From an uncultured Actinomycetota bacterium (lineage in GTDB: Bacteria > Actinomycetota > Actinomycetes > Actinomycetales > Dermatophilaceae), in NCBI GenBank assembly GCA_963764195.1, contig CAVXRG010000011.1, positions 47,353 through 111,352 of the forward strand: DNA of 64,000 bases, read 5' to 3'. Below are positions 28,224 through 37,090 of the stretch, one piece after another. The translations under genes and the position numbers were made by a program. The stretch's first letter is position 1; every line of letters begins with the position of its first letter. Below the pieces are notes generated by a model that made no database searches, was not told the origin of the DNA, and saw nothing but the letters and a program-made list of their open reading frames with translations.

Positions 28224-29126
28224 ATGTCCATCGACACCCCCACCCGGGAGAGCCGGGACGCCGACGAGGCGCCGGTCGTCAACGAGTCCCGTGCCGGCAT
28301 GGTCGGCTCCAACCACAGCGGCCACTGGTGGCTCTACGCCATACTCGTCATCGGCTTCATCGCGGTCATCGCGCCCTTCGTCTGGATGGTGCTCGGCAGC
28401 TTCAAGGGCGAGGGCGAGCTGCGTCAGATCCCGCCGACCTGGCTGCCGCAGCACGCGTCCCTCGACAACTACACGCAGCTGTTCTCGCGGCTGTCCTTCG
28501 GCACCTACTTCCTCAACTCGACGGTCGTCGCCGTCGTCGTCACCCTCGGCAACCTGCTCTTCTGCTCGATGCTCGGCTACGCCCTGGCGATGCTCGAGTT
28601 CCGGGGCAAGAAGGTCATCTTCGTCGCCGTCATGACGACCCTGATGATCCCCGGCGTCGTCACCTTCGTGCCGCTCTTCGTCCTCGTCGCCAACATCGGC
28701 CTCATCGACTCCCTGCCGGGGCTCTTCCTGCCCTTCCTCGTGGCGCCGTTCGGGGTGTTCCTCATGCGGCAGTTCATCCTCGGCCTGCCGCGGGAGCTGC
28801 TCGACGCCGGTCGGGTCGACGGGGCGGGGGAGCTGCGGATCTTCCGGCAGATCATCCTGCCGCTGTGCGGGCCCGCCCTCGCGACGCTCGGGATCCTCAC
28901 CTTCCTCGGCAGCTGGAACAACTTCCTCTGGCCGCTCGTCGTCGCCCAGTCGGAGAGCCACTACACGCTCCCCGTCGCGCTCGCCCTCTACTCGACCGGT
29001 CAGAACAGCACGAACTACGGCCTGCTCCTCGCCGGGGCGACGGTGGTCATCATCCCGATCCTCGTCGTCTTCCTCATCTTCCAGAAGCGCTTCATCGAGG
29101 GCATCGCCACCACCGGCATCAAGTGA
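28224..29126 (+). CDS. Carbohydrate ABC transporter permease (MalG-like)
   Basis: 300-aa ORF. The EAA loop is LLDAGRVDGAGELRIFRQIILPLCGPAL. Confidence 0.9.
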   Translation: MSIDTPTRESRDADEAPVVNESRAGMVGSNHSGHWWLYAILVIGFIAVIAPFVWMVLGSFKGEGELRQIPPTWLPQHASLDNYTQLFSRLSFGTYFLNSTVVAVVVTLGNLLFCSMLGYALAMLEFRGKKVIFVAVMTTLMIPGVVTFVPLFVLVANIGLIDSLPGLFLPFLVAPFGVFLMRQFILGLPRELLDAGRVDGAGELRIFRQIILPLCGPALATLGILTFLGSWNNFLWPLVVAQSESHYTLPVALALYSTGQNSTNYGLLLAGATVVIIPILVVFLIFQKRFIEGIATTGIK

Positions 29127-29164
29127 CCGAACGCGAAAACATCTCTCCAAGAGCGGAGCACGTC

Positions 29165-30817
29165 ATGACTGACCAGTCCACGCCAGAGGCCGTCGCCACC
29201 ACCGCCGGTGACCCCGGCGTCACCAGCCGTCGGGCCCTGCTCGTCGGTGGTGCGGCGACCGCCGCGGCTTTCGTCCTGGCCCCGAGTGCCTCGGCCACCA
29301 CCCGCAGCGGCGGGCCGGCACCGGCCCCGTCGTTCCACCGCGGCCACTGGCCACATGCCGTCGACCCCGACCGGGTCAGGCGCTGGGCCGCCGACACGTG
29401 GCACAGCCTCGACGCGATGACCGACCGCAAGACGGGGCTCCCCGCTGACAACATCCCCGAGTCCCTCGCGGCCGGTGACCGGTCCGGCTACACCTCGCCG
29501 ACCAACATCGGGGGCTACCTCTGGTCGACGGTCGTGGCCCGCGAGCTGGGCCTCATCAACCGTGGTGAGGCGACCGCCCGGCTGATGCGCACCCTCAAGA
29601 CCGTGTCCCGGATGAAGCGCCACGAGCCGAGCGGGATGTTCTACAACTGGTACGACGAGGCGACCGGCATGACGCTCACGTCCTGGCCCGGCACCGGCGA
29701 CCCTGTCCACCCGTTCCTCTCGAGCGTCGACAACGGCTGGCTCGGGGCCGCCCTGCTCGTCGTCAAGAACTCCGACAAGGCGGCCGGCAGGCTCGCCGGC
29801 CGGATCTTCGCGAAGATGCGCTGGGACATGTTCTACGACGCCGACACCGCCCACCCGGGCGTGCGCCCGGGTGGGCTCATGCACGGTGGCTTCTACGACG
29901 CGCCGCCGCCCGCCGGCTTCGCGGGCTACACCGGCAACCACATCGGGATCGGGCCCGACGTCTGGTACACCAACCACCACTACGACACCGCCGTGTCGGA
30001 GACCCGGATCACGACCTACCTCGGGATCCTCACCGGTCAGGTGCCGGCGACGGCCTACTACGCGACGTGGCGCACCTTCCCGTCGAGCTGCGACTGGAGC
30101 TGGCAGGAGAGCCAGCCGGTCGGCGTCGACCGCACCTACTTCGGTATCGACGTCTACGAGGGTGCCTACACCTACCGCGGGATGCACGTCGTGCCCGGTT
30201 GGGGTGGAAGCATGTTCGAGGAGCTGATGCCCGACGTGTTCGTCCCCGAGGCCACCTGGGCGCCGAAGAGCTGGGGCCGCAACCACCCGCTGCACGTGCG
30301 TGCGCAGCGAGAGCACGGCCTCTCCGACGCGGGCTACGGCTACTGGGGGTTCAGCCCGTCGAGCGACCCGTTCGCCGGCTACCGCGAGTACGGCGTGGAC
30401 GCGCTGGGGCTCAACCCCGAGGGCTACTTCTCCGACCGTGAGTCGACCAACTACGACCCGGGTTTCGGTGACTGCCGGGCCGCCACGAACCCGAACCCCA
30501 CCTACGGCGACGGGGTCGTCACGCCGCACGCGTCCTTCCTCGCGATGATGCACGACCCGATGGAGGCCTACCTCAACCTCCGGAAGATCGAGACCGAGCT
30601 GAAGGCCTACGGGCGGGGTGGCTTCTTCGACGCCGTGGCGACGAAGTCGGGCGTCATCGCGCGTCGCTACCTCTCGCTCGACCAGGCGATGATCATGGGT
30701 TCGATCGGCAACGTCCTCGCCGACGACGTCATCCGTCGGGCCTTCAGCACCCCGGCGGTGGAGCGCCGTCTGCGTCCCGTCATCGGGGTGGAAGAATTCG
30801 GCGCCGGTCTGGCCTGA
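29165..30817 (+). CDS. Tat-secreted (alpha/alpha)6 glucanase-like protein (DUF3131 / putative-glucoamylase fold; possible GH144-type endo-beta-1,2-glucanase)
   Basis: This is the real part of ORF 27137..30817, beginning at ATG 29165. The Tat-like signal is TSRRALLVGGAATAAAFVLAPSASA. YTSPTNIGGYLWSTVVARELGLI and MFYNWYDEATG are motifs I associate with this fold. The specific CAZy family is unverified. Confidence 0.6.
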   Translation: MTDQSTPEAVATTAGDPGVTSRRALLVGGAATAAAFVLAPSASATTRSGGPAPAPSFHRGHWPHAVDPDRVRRWAADTWHSLDAMTDRKTGLPADNIPESLAAGDRSGYTSPTNIGGYLWSTVVARELGLINRGEATARLMRTLKTVSRMKRHEPSGMFYNWYDEATGMTLTSWPGTGDPVHPFLSSVDNGWLGAALLVVKNSDKAAGRLAGRIFAKMRWDMFYDADTAHPGVRPGGLMHGGFYDAPPPAGFAGYTGNHIGIGPDVWYTNHHYDTAVSETRITTYLGILTGQVPATAYYATWRTFPSSCDWSWQESQPVGVDRTYFGIDVYEGAYTYRGMHVVPGWGGSMFEELMPDVFVPEATWAPKSWGRNHPLHVRAQREHGLSDAGYGYWGFSPSSDPFAGYREYGVDALGLNPEGYFSDRESTNYDPGFGDCRAATNPNPTYGDGVVTPHASFLAMMHDPMEAYLNLRKIETELKAYGRGGFFDAVATKSGVIARRYLSLDQAMIMGSIGNVLADDVIRRAFSTPAVERRLRPVIGVEEFGAGLA

Positions 30818-30901
30818 GCCACCTGCGGCGTCGCACCAGCCCCGCCCGCACCATCCCAGCATCCGCCTTCCCCTCGTTCCCACCTGCCCGGAGGTCACCC
30901 C

Positions 30902-32728
30902 ATGCAGCCAACCACTCGCACCACGCAGGACGGGGTCGCCTACCGCGACCTCAACGGCAACGGGGTGATGGATCCCTTCGAGGACCCGCGTCTCGACGTG
31001 GCGGCACGGGTCGAGGACCTTCTCGGCCGGCTCTCGCTGGCCGAGAAGGTCGGGTTGATGTTCCAGACCGTCATCGAGGCGGGGGCGGACGGGTCACCGC
31101 TCGAGGAGCCGGGGCGGATCAGCAAGTCGCCGACGAGCGTCGTGGTCCGCGAGAAGCACCTCTCGCACTTCAACGTCCACGCCCTCGACGACCCCGGGGT
31201 GGCGGCGCGGTGGCACAACGCCGTCCAGCGGATGGCGGAGTTCACGCCCCACGGCATACCGGTGACGATCTCCTCCGACCCGCGGCACGCGTTCATCGAG
31301 AACTCGGGAGTCTCCTTCAGCGCGAAGTCCTTCTCCCAGTGGCCGGAGCCCCTCGGGCTCGCGGCCCTCGGGGACGCCGACCTCGTGCGCCGCTTCGCCG
31401 ACATCGCCCGGCGGGAGTACGTGGCCGTCGGCATCCGCGCCGCCCTGCACCCGACGCTCGACCTGGCGACGGAGGCGCGCTGGGGTCGTCAGGCGGGCAC
31501 CTTCGGCCAGGACGCCGACCTCGTCACCGCGCTCGGCGTCGCGTACCTCGAAGGATTCCAAGGGAGCTCGCTCGGCCCCGACACGGTGGCCTGCACGAGC
31601 AAGCACTTCCCGGGTGGCGGCCCGCAGAAGGACGGCGAGGATGCGCACTTCCCCTACGGTCGTGAGCAGGTCTATCCCGGTGGGCAGTTCGCGCTCCACC
31701 TCAAGCCCTTCCCGGCGATGATCGCCGCCGGCACCGCGGGGATCATGCCCTACTACGGGATGCCCGTCGGGCTGGAGATCGACGGCGAGGCCGTCCCCGA
31801 GGTCGGCTTCGGCTACAACAAGCGGATCGTCACCGACCTGCTCCGCGGGGACCTCGGCTACGACGGCGTCGTCGTCACCGACTGGGAGCTCGTCAACGAC
31901 AACCACGTGGGCGACCAGGTCCTCCCGGCCCGCGCATGGGGTGTCGAGCACCTCGACCCGCACGGCAGGATGGAGCTGATCCTCGAGGCCGGCGCCGACC
32001 AGTTCGGCGGCGAGGAGTGCGTCGACATCCTGCTCGACCTCGTCGCGCAGGGCCGGGTCACCGAGGAGCGCATCGACGTCTCGGCGCGGCGGCTGCTCGC
32101 CGTGAAGTTCCGGCTCGGGCTGTTCGACAACCCCTACGTCGACGAGGACGCGGCCACCGACGTCGTCGGGTGCACCGAGTTCCGCGACGCCGGGTATGCC
32201 GCCCAGGCCGAGTCCGTGACGCTGCTTCACCACGTCGGTCCGGTGCTGCCGCTGACCCCGGGCCTGCGGGTCTACGTCGAGGGGGTCCGCCCCGACGCGG
32301 TCGCGCGGCACGCGACCGTGGTCGGGGACCCGGCCGACGCCGACGTGGCGGTCATCCGGGTCGGTGCGCCGTTCGACCCGCGCAGCGACCTCTTCCTCGA
32401 GTCGTGGTTCCACCAGGGCTCGCTCGACTTCCCGCCTGGGCTGGTCGCGCGGCTGCAGCGGATCGCCGACGCGTGCCCGCTCGTCCTCGACGTGGCGCTC
32501 GACCGCCCGGCGGTGCTGACGCCGCTGCTGCCCTTCGTCAGTGCCCTCACCGCGACCTACGGCTCGAGCGACGAGGCCGTGCTCGAGGTCCTGATGGGCC
32601 GGATCGCGCCACGCGGGCGGCTGCCCTTCGACCTGCCCCGATCGATGGAGCAGGTGCGCACCTCACCCGAGGACGTGCCGGGCTTCGACGACCCGCTGTT
32701 CCCCTTCGGCCACGGCCTCACCCTCTGA
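30902..32728 (+). CDS. Glycoside hydrolase family 3 (beta-glucosidase-like)
   Basis: 608-aa ORF. RVEDLLGRLSLAEKVGLMFQ, KHFPGGGPQKDGEDAH and GYDGVVVTDWE (nucleophile Asp region). Confidence 0.9.
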   Translation: MQPTTRTTQDGVAYRDLNGNGVMDPFEDPRLDVAARVEDLLGRLSLAEKVGLMFQTVIEAGADGSPLEEPGRISKSPTSVVVREKHLSHFNVHALDDPGVAARWHNAVQRMAEFTPHGIPVTISSDPRHAFIENSGVSFSAKSFSQWPEPLGLAALGDADLVRRFADIARREYVAVGIRAALHPTLDLATEARWGRQAGTFGQDADLVTALGVAYLEGFQGSSLGPDTVACTSKHFPGGGPQKDGEDAHFPYGREQVYPGGQFALHLKPFPAMIAAGTAGIMPYYGMPVGLEIDGEAVPEVGFGYNKRIVTDLLRGDLGYDGVVVTDWELVNDNHVGDQVLPARAWGVEHLDPHGRMELILEAGADQFGGEECVDILLDLVAQGRVTEERIDVSARRLLAVKFRLGLFDNPYVDEDAATDVVGCTEFRDAGYAAQAESVTLLHHVGPVLPLTPGLRVYVEGVRPDAVARHATVVGDPADADVAVIRVGAPFDPRSDLFLESWFHQGSLDFPPGLVARLQRIADACPLVLDVALDRPAVLTPLLPFVSALTATYGSSDEAVLEVLMGRIAPRGRLPFDLPRSMEQVRTSPEDVPGFDDPLFPFGHGLTL

Positions 32729-32742
32729 GACCGGCCCCCTCA

Positions 32743-32857
32743 CCCCGTCGAGTGCCCACTTTCTTCCGTGCCCGCGCGGGTGAAACTGCCCACTCGACGG
32801 GAGGATCCGGGGGGAAGGTGGGCACTCGACGGGGGGAAGTGGGCACTCGACGGGGGG
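32743..32857. repeat. Cluster of four copies of a ~17-nt element (one inverted, three direct, two of them tandem)
   Basis: CCCCGTCGAGTGCCCAC (32743-32759) is the exact reverse complement of GTGGGCACTCGACGGGG, which is present at 32819-32835 and 32841-32857. A variant, TGCCCACTCGACGGG, lies at 32787-32801. Confidence 0.65.
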
Positions 32858-32989
32858 TGGCGGTTCGGGTATCACCGCGGGTGGCCGCGCCTCTGACGTG
32901 CAGGGATGGGAACGGGTCGCGAGGAGCGGCGGGCGAGCATCCCGGGAGCGCTTGGGCGGCTGGCCCGTTGAGGTACGTTAACCGCCACC

Positions 32990-33019
32990 GGAGCCCGGAT
33001 CCGACACGGACCGGGCTCC
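32990..33019 (+). other. Perfect 9-bp stem hairpin 25 nt upstream of the arsO-like ATG; related copy at 59726-59754
   Basis: GGAGCCCGG-atccgacacgga-CCGGGCTCC, read directly. Confidence 0.4.
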
Positions 33020-33038
33020 ATGCGCGTCGCTAGGCTGG

Positions 33039-34166
33039 GTGGCGATGGATGATGGAGACAGGCAGCGGCCGGAGCCGCGCGAGGTGGAGGTCGTCGTCGT
33101 CGGCGGTGGTCAGGCGGGCCTCGCCACCGCCTACCACCTGCGTCGGGCCGGCCTGGAGGCCGGGACCGACTACGTCGTGCTCGACGCGAACCCGAGCCCC
33201 GGCGGTGCGTGGCAGCACACCTGGCCCTCGCTGCGCCTCTTCTCACCGCCGGCCTTCTCCTCGCTGCCCGGGTGGCGGATGCCGGCGCACCGCGATGCCT
33301 ACCCGCCGGCGTCGCACGTCGTCGCCTACCTCACCGACTACGAAGCCCGCTACGACCTGCGCGTGCGCCACGGGGAGCGGGTCACCCGGGTGCGTCGACG
33401 CGACGGGGACCCGGCCGGCCGGCTCGTCGTGGACACGACCGCGGGGAGCTGGGCGGCGCGGGCTGTCGTCACCGCGACCGGGACGTGGGGTCGGCCGTTC
33501 CTCCCGTCGTATGCCGGGGCCGCGGCCTTCGGGGGACGCATCGTCCACAGTGCGGCCTACCGCGGGCCCGAGGAGTGGCGCGGGCTGCGCGTCGCCGTCG
33601 TCGGGGGCGGCAACACCGCGGCCCAGCTGCTCGCGGAGGTCTCGCTCGTCGCCGACACGACCTGGGTGACGCTGCGGACGCCCCGGCTGCTGCCCGACGA
33701 CGTCGACGGGCGGGTGCTCTTCGACGTGGCGACGGCCCGGCGGCGGGCGCTCGACGCGGGGGAGGCCGACCCCGGCGGTGTGGCCGGCCTCGGGGACGTC
33801 GTCATGACCCCGTCGGTCCGCGCCGCGCGCGACCGGGGCGCGCTCGAGCCGGTCCCGATGTTCGAGCGGCTCACCCCGACCGGGGCCGTCTGGGCCGACA
33901 GGTCGGAGCGGGAGCTCGACGCCGTGCTGTCGTGCACGGGGTTCCGTCCCGACCTCGAGGTGCTCTCCGGTCTCGGGCTGCCCCGCGTCGACGGCCACGT
34001 GGCGACGGTCGGCACCCGGGCCCGGGACGAGCCGCGGCTGCACCTCGTCGGTTACGGCGACTGGACCGGGCCGGCGTCGGCCACCCTCATCGGGGTGGGT
34101 CGCACCGCTCGGGACGCGGTCGCCGAGATCATGGCCCTGCTCGGCCGCACATCGGTCCGGAGCTAG
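33039..34166 (+). CDS. NAD(P)/FAD-dependent oxidoreductase, ArsO-like flavin monooxygenase
   Basis: 375-aa ORF (GTG 33039 or ATG 33045). Two Rossmann motifs are present: VVVVGGGQAGLATAY and VAVVGGGNTAAQL. It sits in the ars gene context. Confidence 0.7.
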   Translation: MAMDDGDRQRPEPREVEVVVVGGGQAGLATAYHLRRAGLEAGTDYVVLDANPSPGGAWQHTWPSLRLFSPPAFSSLPGWRMPAHRDAYPPASHVVAYLTDYEARYDLRVRHGERVTRVRRRDGDPAGRLVVDTTAGSWAARAVVTATGTWGRPFLPSYAGAAAFGGRIVHSAAYRGPEEWRGLRVAVVGGGNTAAQLLAEVSLVADTTWVTLRTPRLLPDDVDGRVLFDVATARRRALDAGEADPGGVAGLGDVVMTPSVRAARDRGALEPVPMFERLTPTGAVWADRSERELDAVLSCTGFRPDLEVLSGLGLPRVDGHVATVGTRARDEPRLHLVGYGDWTGPASATLIGVGRTARDAVAEIMALLGRTSVRS

Positions 34167-34588
34167 CCCCGGACCACCCCGACGACGGGGACACCGAGCT
34201 CGCCGAGGAGCTCGACCACCCGTTCACGGATCGCGTCGCGGATCGGGCGCACGGCCTCGACGCCCTGGCCGGCGGGGTCCTCGAGGTCCCAGTCCTCATA
34301 GCGCTTGCCCGGGAAGATCGGGCAGCTGTCCCCGCATCCCATCGTGATGACGACGTCGGAGGACTGGACGGCCTCGGTCGTGAGGATCTTGGGGGTCTGC
34401 GCCGCGAGGTCGATGCCCTCCTCGGCCATGGCGGCAACCGCTGCGGGGTTGATCTGTGCGGCGGGCGCCGACCCGGCCGACCGCACCTCGACAGCGCCGC
34501 CGGAGAGCCGGTCGAGGTACCCGGCGGCCATCTGGGACCGGCCGGCGTTGTGGACGCAGACGAACAGGACGCTCGGCTTCTCGGTCAT
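34163..34588 (-). CDS. arsC: Arsenate reductase, low-molecular-weight phosphatase type
   Basis: ORF 34163..35110 trimmed to ATG at 34588. MTEKPSVLFVCVHNAGRSQMAAGY contains the CX5R(S) P-loop. The start overlaps the acr3 stop (ATGA). Confidence 0.9.
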   Translation of the reverse strand: MTEKPSVLFVCVHNAGRSQMAAGYLDRLSGGAVEVRSAGSAPAAQINPAAVAAMAEEGIDLAAQTPKILTTEAVQSSDVVITMGCGDSCPIFPGKRYEDWDLEDPAGQGVEAVRPIRDAIRERVVELLGELGVPVVGVVRG

Positions 34589-35730
34589 CGCGCGATGGCC
34601 TTTCCGTGGGAGGAGCGGACGGCGAAGCGTCGCCTCAGGGCGAGGCTGACGTAGACGAGGGCGACGAGCGCAGGCACCTCGATGAGGGGGCCGACGACGC
34701 CCGCCAGGGCCTGGCCGGACGTCGCCCCGAAGGTGGCGATGGCCACCGCGATCGCGAGCTCGAAGTTGTTGCCGGCCGCAGTGAAGGCGAGCGTCGTCGT
34801 CCGCGCGTAGCCGAGCCCCAGACCGGCGCCAAGGCCGAACCCGCCACCCCACATCAGGGCGAAGTAGGCGAGCAGGGGCAGGGCGATGCGGGCGACGTCG
34901 AGGGGGTGGGAGGTGATGGCGTCGCCCTGGAGCGCGAAGAGGATGACGATGGTGAACAGCAGGCCGTAGAGCGCCCACGGCCCGACCTTGGGCAGGAACT
35001 TCTCCTCGTACCAGACCCGCCCGCGGCGGCGCTCGCCGAGCCGGCGGGACAGGAAGCCGGCGAGGAGCGGGACGCCGAGGAAGATCAGGACCGACCGGGC
35101 GATGTCCCACGTCGAGGCGTCGATCCCTGACTGCTGCAGGCCGAGCCAGCCCGGCAGGACCGACAGGTAGAACCAGCCGAGGCCGGCGAAGGCGACGACC
35201 TGGAAGACGGAGTTGAGGGCGACGAGGACGGCAGCCGCCTCGCGGTCACCGCAGGCGAGGTCGTTCCAGATGATGACCATCGCGATGCACCGGGCGAGGC
35301 CGACGATGATCAGGCCGGTCCGGTAGGCGGGCAGGTCCGCCAGGAAGGTCCAGGCGAGGACGAACATCAGGGCGGGCCCGATGAGCCAGTTGAGCAGCAG
35401 CGAGGCGGCGAGCAGCCGTCGGTCGCCCGTCACGGAGTCGAGCCGGTCGTAGCGCACCTTGGCCAGGACGGGATACATCATCACGAGCAGCCCGATCGCG
35501 ATCGGCAGCGAGACGCCGTCCACCTCGACTCGGGCGAGGCCGTCGCCGAGGCCGGGGACGACCCGGCCGAGGAGGATCCCGACGACCATGGCCAGCCCGA
35601 TCCAGACGGGCAGGAAGCGGTCGAGGGTCGAGAGCCGGGCGGGGAGCGGGCCGGGGCCGGAGTCGGCGCGCACCCCTGGTGTGCTGCTGTCGGTGGGGGT
35701 GCTCACGGGGGTGCCTTCCGGGTGGTTCAC
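34585..35730 (-). CDS. acr3: Arsenite efflux transporter ACR3
   Basis: 381-aa ORF. LSTLDRFLPVWIGLAMVVGILLG...MMYPVLAKVRYDRL plus 10 TM-like segments. Confidence 0.9.
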   Translation of the reverse strand: MNHPEGTPVSTPTDSSTPGVRADSGPGPLPARLSTLDRFLPVWIGLAMVVGILLGRVVPGLGDGLARVEVDGVSLPIAIGLLVMMYPVLAKVRYDRLDSVTGDRRLLAASLLLNWLIGPALMFVLAWTFLADLPAYRTGLIIVGLARCIAMVIIWNDLACGDREAAAVLVALNSVFQVVAFAGLGWFYLSVLPGWLGLQQSGIDASTWDIARSVLIFLGVPLLAGFLSRRLGERRRGRVWYEEKFLPKVGPWALYGLLFTIVILFALQGDAITSHPLDVARIALPLLAYFALMWGGGFGLGAGLGLGYARTTTLAFTAAGNNFELAIAVAIATFGATSGQALAGVVGPLIEVPALVALVYVSLALRRRFAVRSSHGKAIAR

Positions 35731-35760
35731 GACGACTGTCGGCGCGCATCAGGCTCGCAG

Positions 35761-35800
35761 TTGCATCGATGTGTGTCAACATAGAGCGCTATCGATGCAA
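35761..35800. promoter_or_regulatory. Perfect 10-bp inverted repeat TTGCATCGAT-N20-ATCGATGCAA; candidate ArsR operator
   Basis: Read directly in the 100-bp divergent region between acr3 (start 35730) and arsR (ATG 35831). Confidence 0.55.
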
Positions 35801-35830
35801 CCGAGATCACGGCCGTCAGGAGACGAGCGC

Positions 35831-36169
35831 ATGAAGGTCACGACCCTCGACCTCTCCCCGTCCGCGCCGGCCTGTGGTCTGCCGCTCAGCGCACTGGCGC
35901 CCGCCGAGGCCGAGCGGCGCGCAGCCCTGCTCAAGGCGCTCGCCGACCCGGTCCGGCTCCGGCTGCTCAGCCTCATCAGCGGCGCCCCCGGCCGCGAGGC
36001 GTGCGTGTGCGACATGACCGCCGCCGTCGACGTCTCCCAGCCCACCGTCAGCCACCACCTCAAGGTGCTCGTCGAGGCCGGTCTCGTCACCCGTGAGCGC
36101 CGCGGCACCTGGGCCTGGTTCCGCCTCGTCCCCGCCCGCCTCGACGAGGTCCGCGACTTCTTCGTCTGA
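35831..36169 (+). CDS. arsR: ArsR/SmtB-family metalloregulator
   Basis: ORF 35459..36169 trimmed to ATG at 35831. LKALADPVRLRLLSLI..EACVCDM..VSQPTVSHHLKVLVEAGLV contains the CVC As(III) site and the HTH. Confidence 0.9.
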   Translation: MKVTTLDLSPSAPACGLPLSALAPAEAERRAALLKALADPVRLRLLSLISGAPGREACVCDMTAAVDVSQPTVSHHLKVLVEAGLVTRERRGTWAWFRLVPARLDEVRDFFV

Positions 36170-36209
36170 GCGCCGCGGCGCTCTGGGTGGGCTCCCGTAG
36201 CGTGGCGCC

Positions 36210-37052
36210 ATGACCGCCGACGCGCCCCACCCGGTCGACCCGCATCCCGTGACCGGGGCGCTCTTCGGCTCGCCCGTGCCGCCGGGCTCGGGCTGGCCCG
36301 GTGACCCCGCGACGGCCGAGACGCCGGTCGCCCGCACCCCCACCCAGGTGCGGCGTCTCGCGAAGGGAGCTGACGGCATACCCGCGCTCGATGCGCGGAT
36401 CTCGGTGTGCCGCGCGTGCCCCCGGCTCGTCCGGTGGCGCGAGGACGTCGCGGTGGGCGGTCGGCGCGCATCCTTCGCCGACCAGCCCTACTGGGGCCGG
36501 CCCGGCCCGTCGTTCGGTGACCCGCAGGCCCCGGTGCTCATCGTCGGGCTCGCCCCCGCGGCCAACGGCACCAACCGGACCGGGCGGATGTTCACCGGGG
36601 ACCGCTCGGGCGACTGGCTGTATGCCGCTCTCCACCGCGCCGGGTACGCGAGCCAGCCGACCTCGGAGGCCGCGGGGGACGGGCAGGTGCTGACGGGTCT
36701 GCGCATCGTCGCCGCGGTGCGGTGCGCCCCACCCGCCAACAAGCCGACGACGCAGGAGAAGGCGAACTGCGCGCCGTGGCTCGACCGGGACCTCGAGCTG
36801 TCCGAGCCGGGGCTGCGCTCGATCCTCGCGCTCGGTTCGATCGCCTGGGACGCGGCGATCGGGGCCGCGCGGGGGCGGGGCTGGTCGGTGCCCCGGCCGA
36901 AGCCGCGCTTCGGACACGGCGCGCGCGCGGAGCTGACGACCAGCGCCGGGCGGGTGGTCCAGCTCGTCGGCAGCTATCACGTGAGCCAGCAGAACACCTT
37001 CACGGGCAAGCTGACCGAGCCGATGCTCGACGAGGTCATCGCGATGCTCTGA
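36210..37052 (+). CDS. Uracil-DNA glycosylase, family 5 (UdgB-like)
   Basis: 280-aa ORF. The Fe-S Cys pair is [34 protein letters not shown] matches the GLAPA motif of family 5. Confidence 0.8.
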   Translation: MTADAPHPVDPHPVTGALFGSPVPPGSGWPGDPATAETPVARTPTQVRRLAKGADGIPALDARISVCRACPRLVRWREDVAVGGRRASFADQPYWGRPGPSFGDPQAPVLIVGLAPAANGTNRTGRMFTGDRSGDWLYAALHRAGYASQPTSEAAGDGQVLTGLRIVAAVRCAPPANKPTTQEKANCAPWLDRDLELSEPGLRSILALGSIAWDAAIGAARGRGWSVPRPKPRFGHGARAELTTSAGRVVQLVGSYHVSQQNTFTGKLTEPMLDEVIAML

Positions 37053-37090
37053 GGGCCGCCCGACGGTCGTCGCTGTGCTTGGCTGGACCC

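Noticed and set aside
25743-29150. 1135-aa minus-strand ORF, and the first ~2 kb (27137-29164) of the 1226-aa plus-strand ORF
   Set aside because: Both are shadow or read-through frames over the binding-protein and permease genes, which have lipobox, EAA-loop and TM features in their own frames. Only the part from ATG 29165 (Tat signal onward) of the plus ORF looks like a real protein.
32743-32857. Possible CRISPR array
   Set aside because: There are only two tandem direct copies, 17 nt long with about 5-nt spacing, plus one inverted copy. There are no spacer-sized unique inserts, and no cas genes anywhere in the window.
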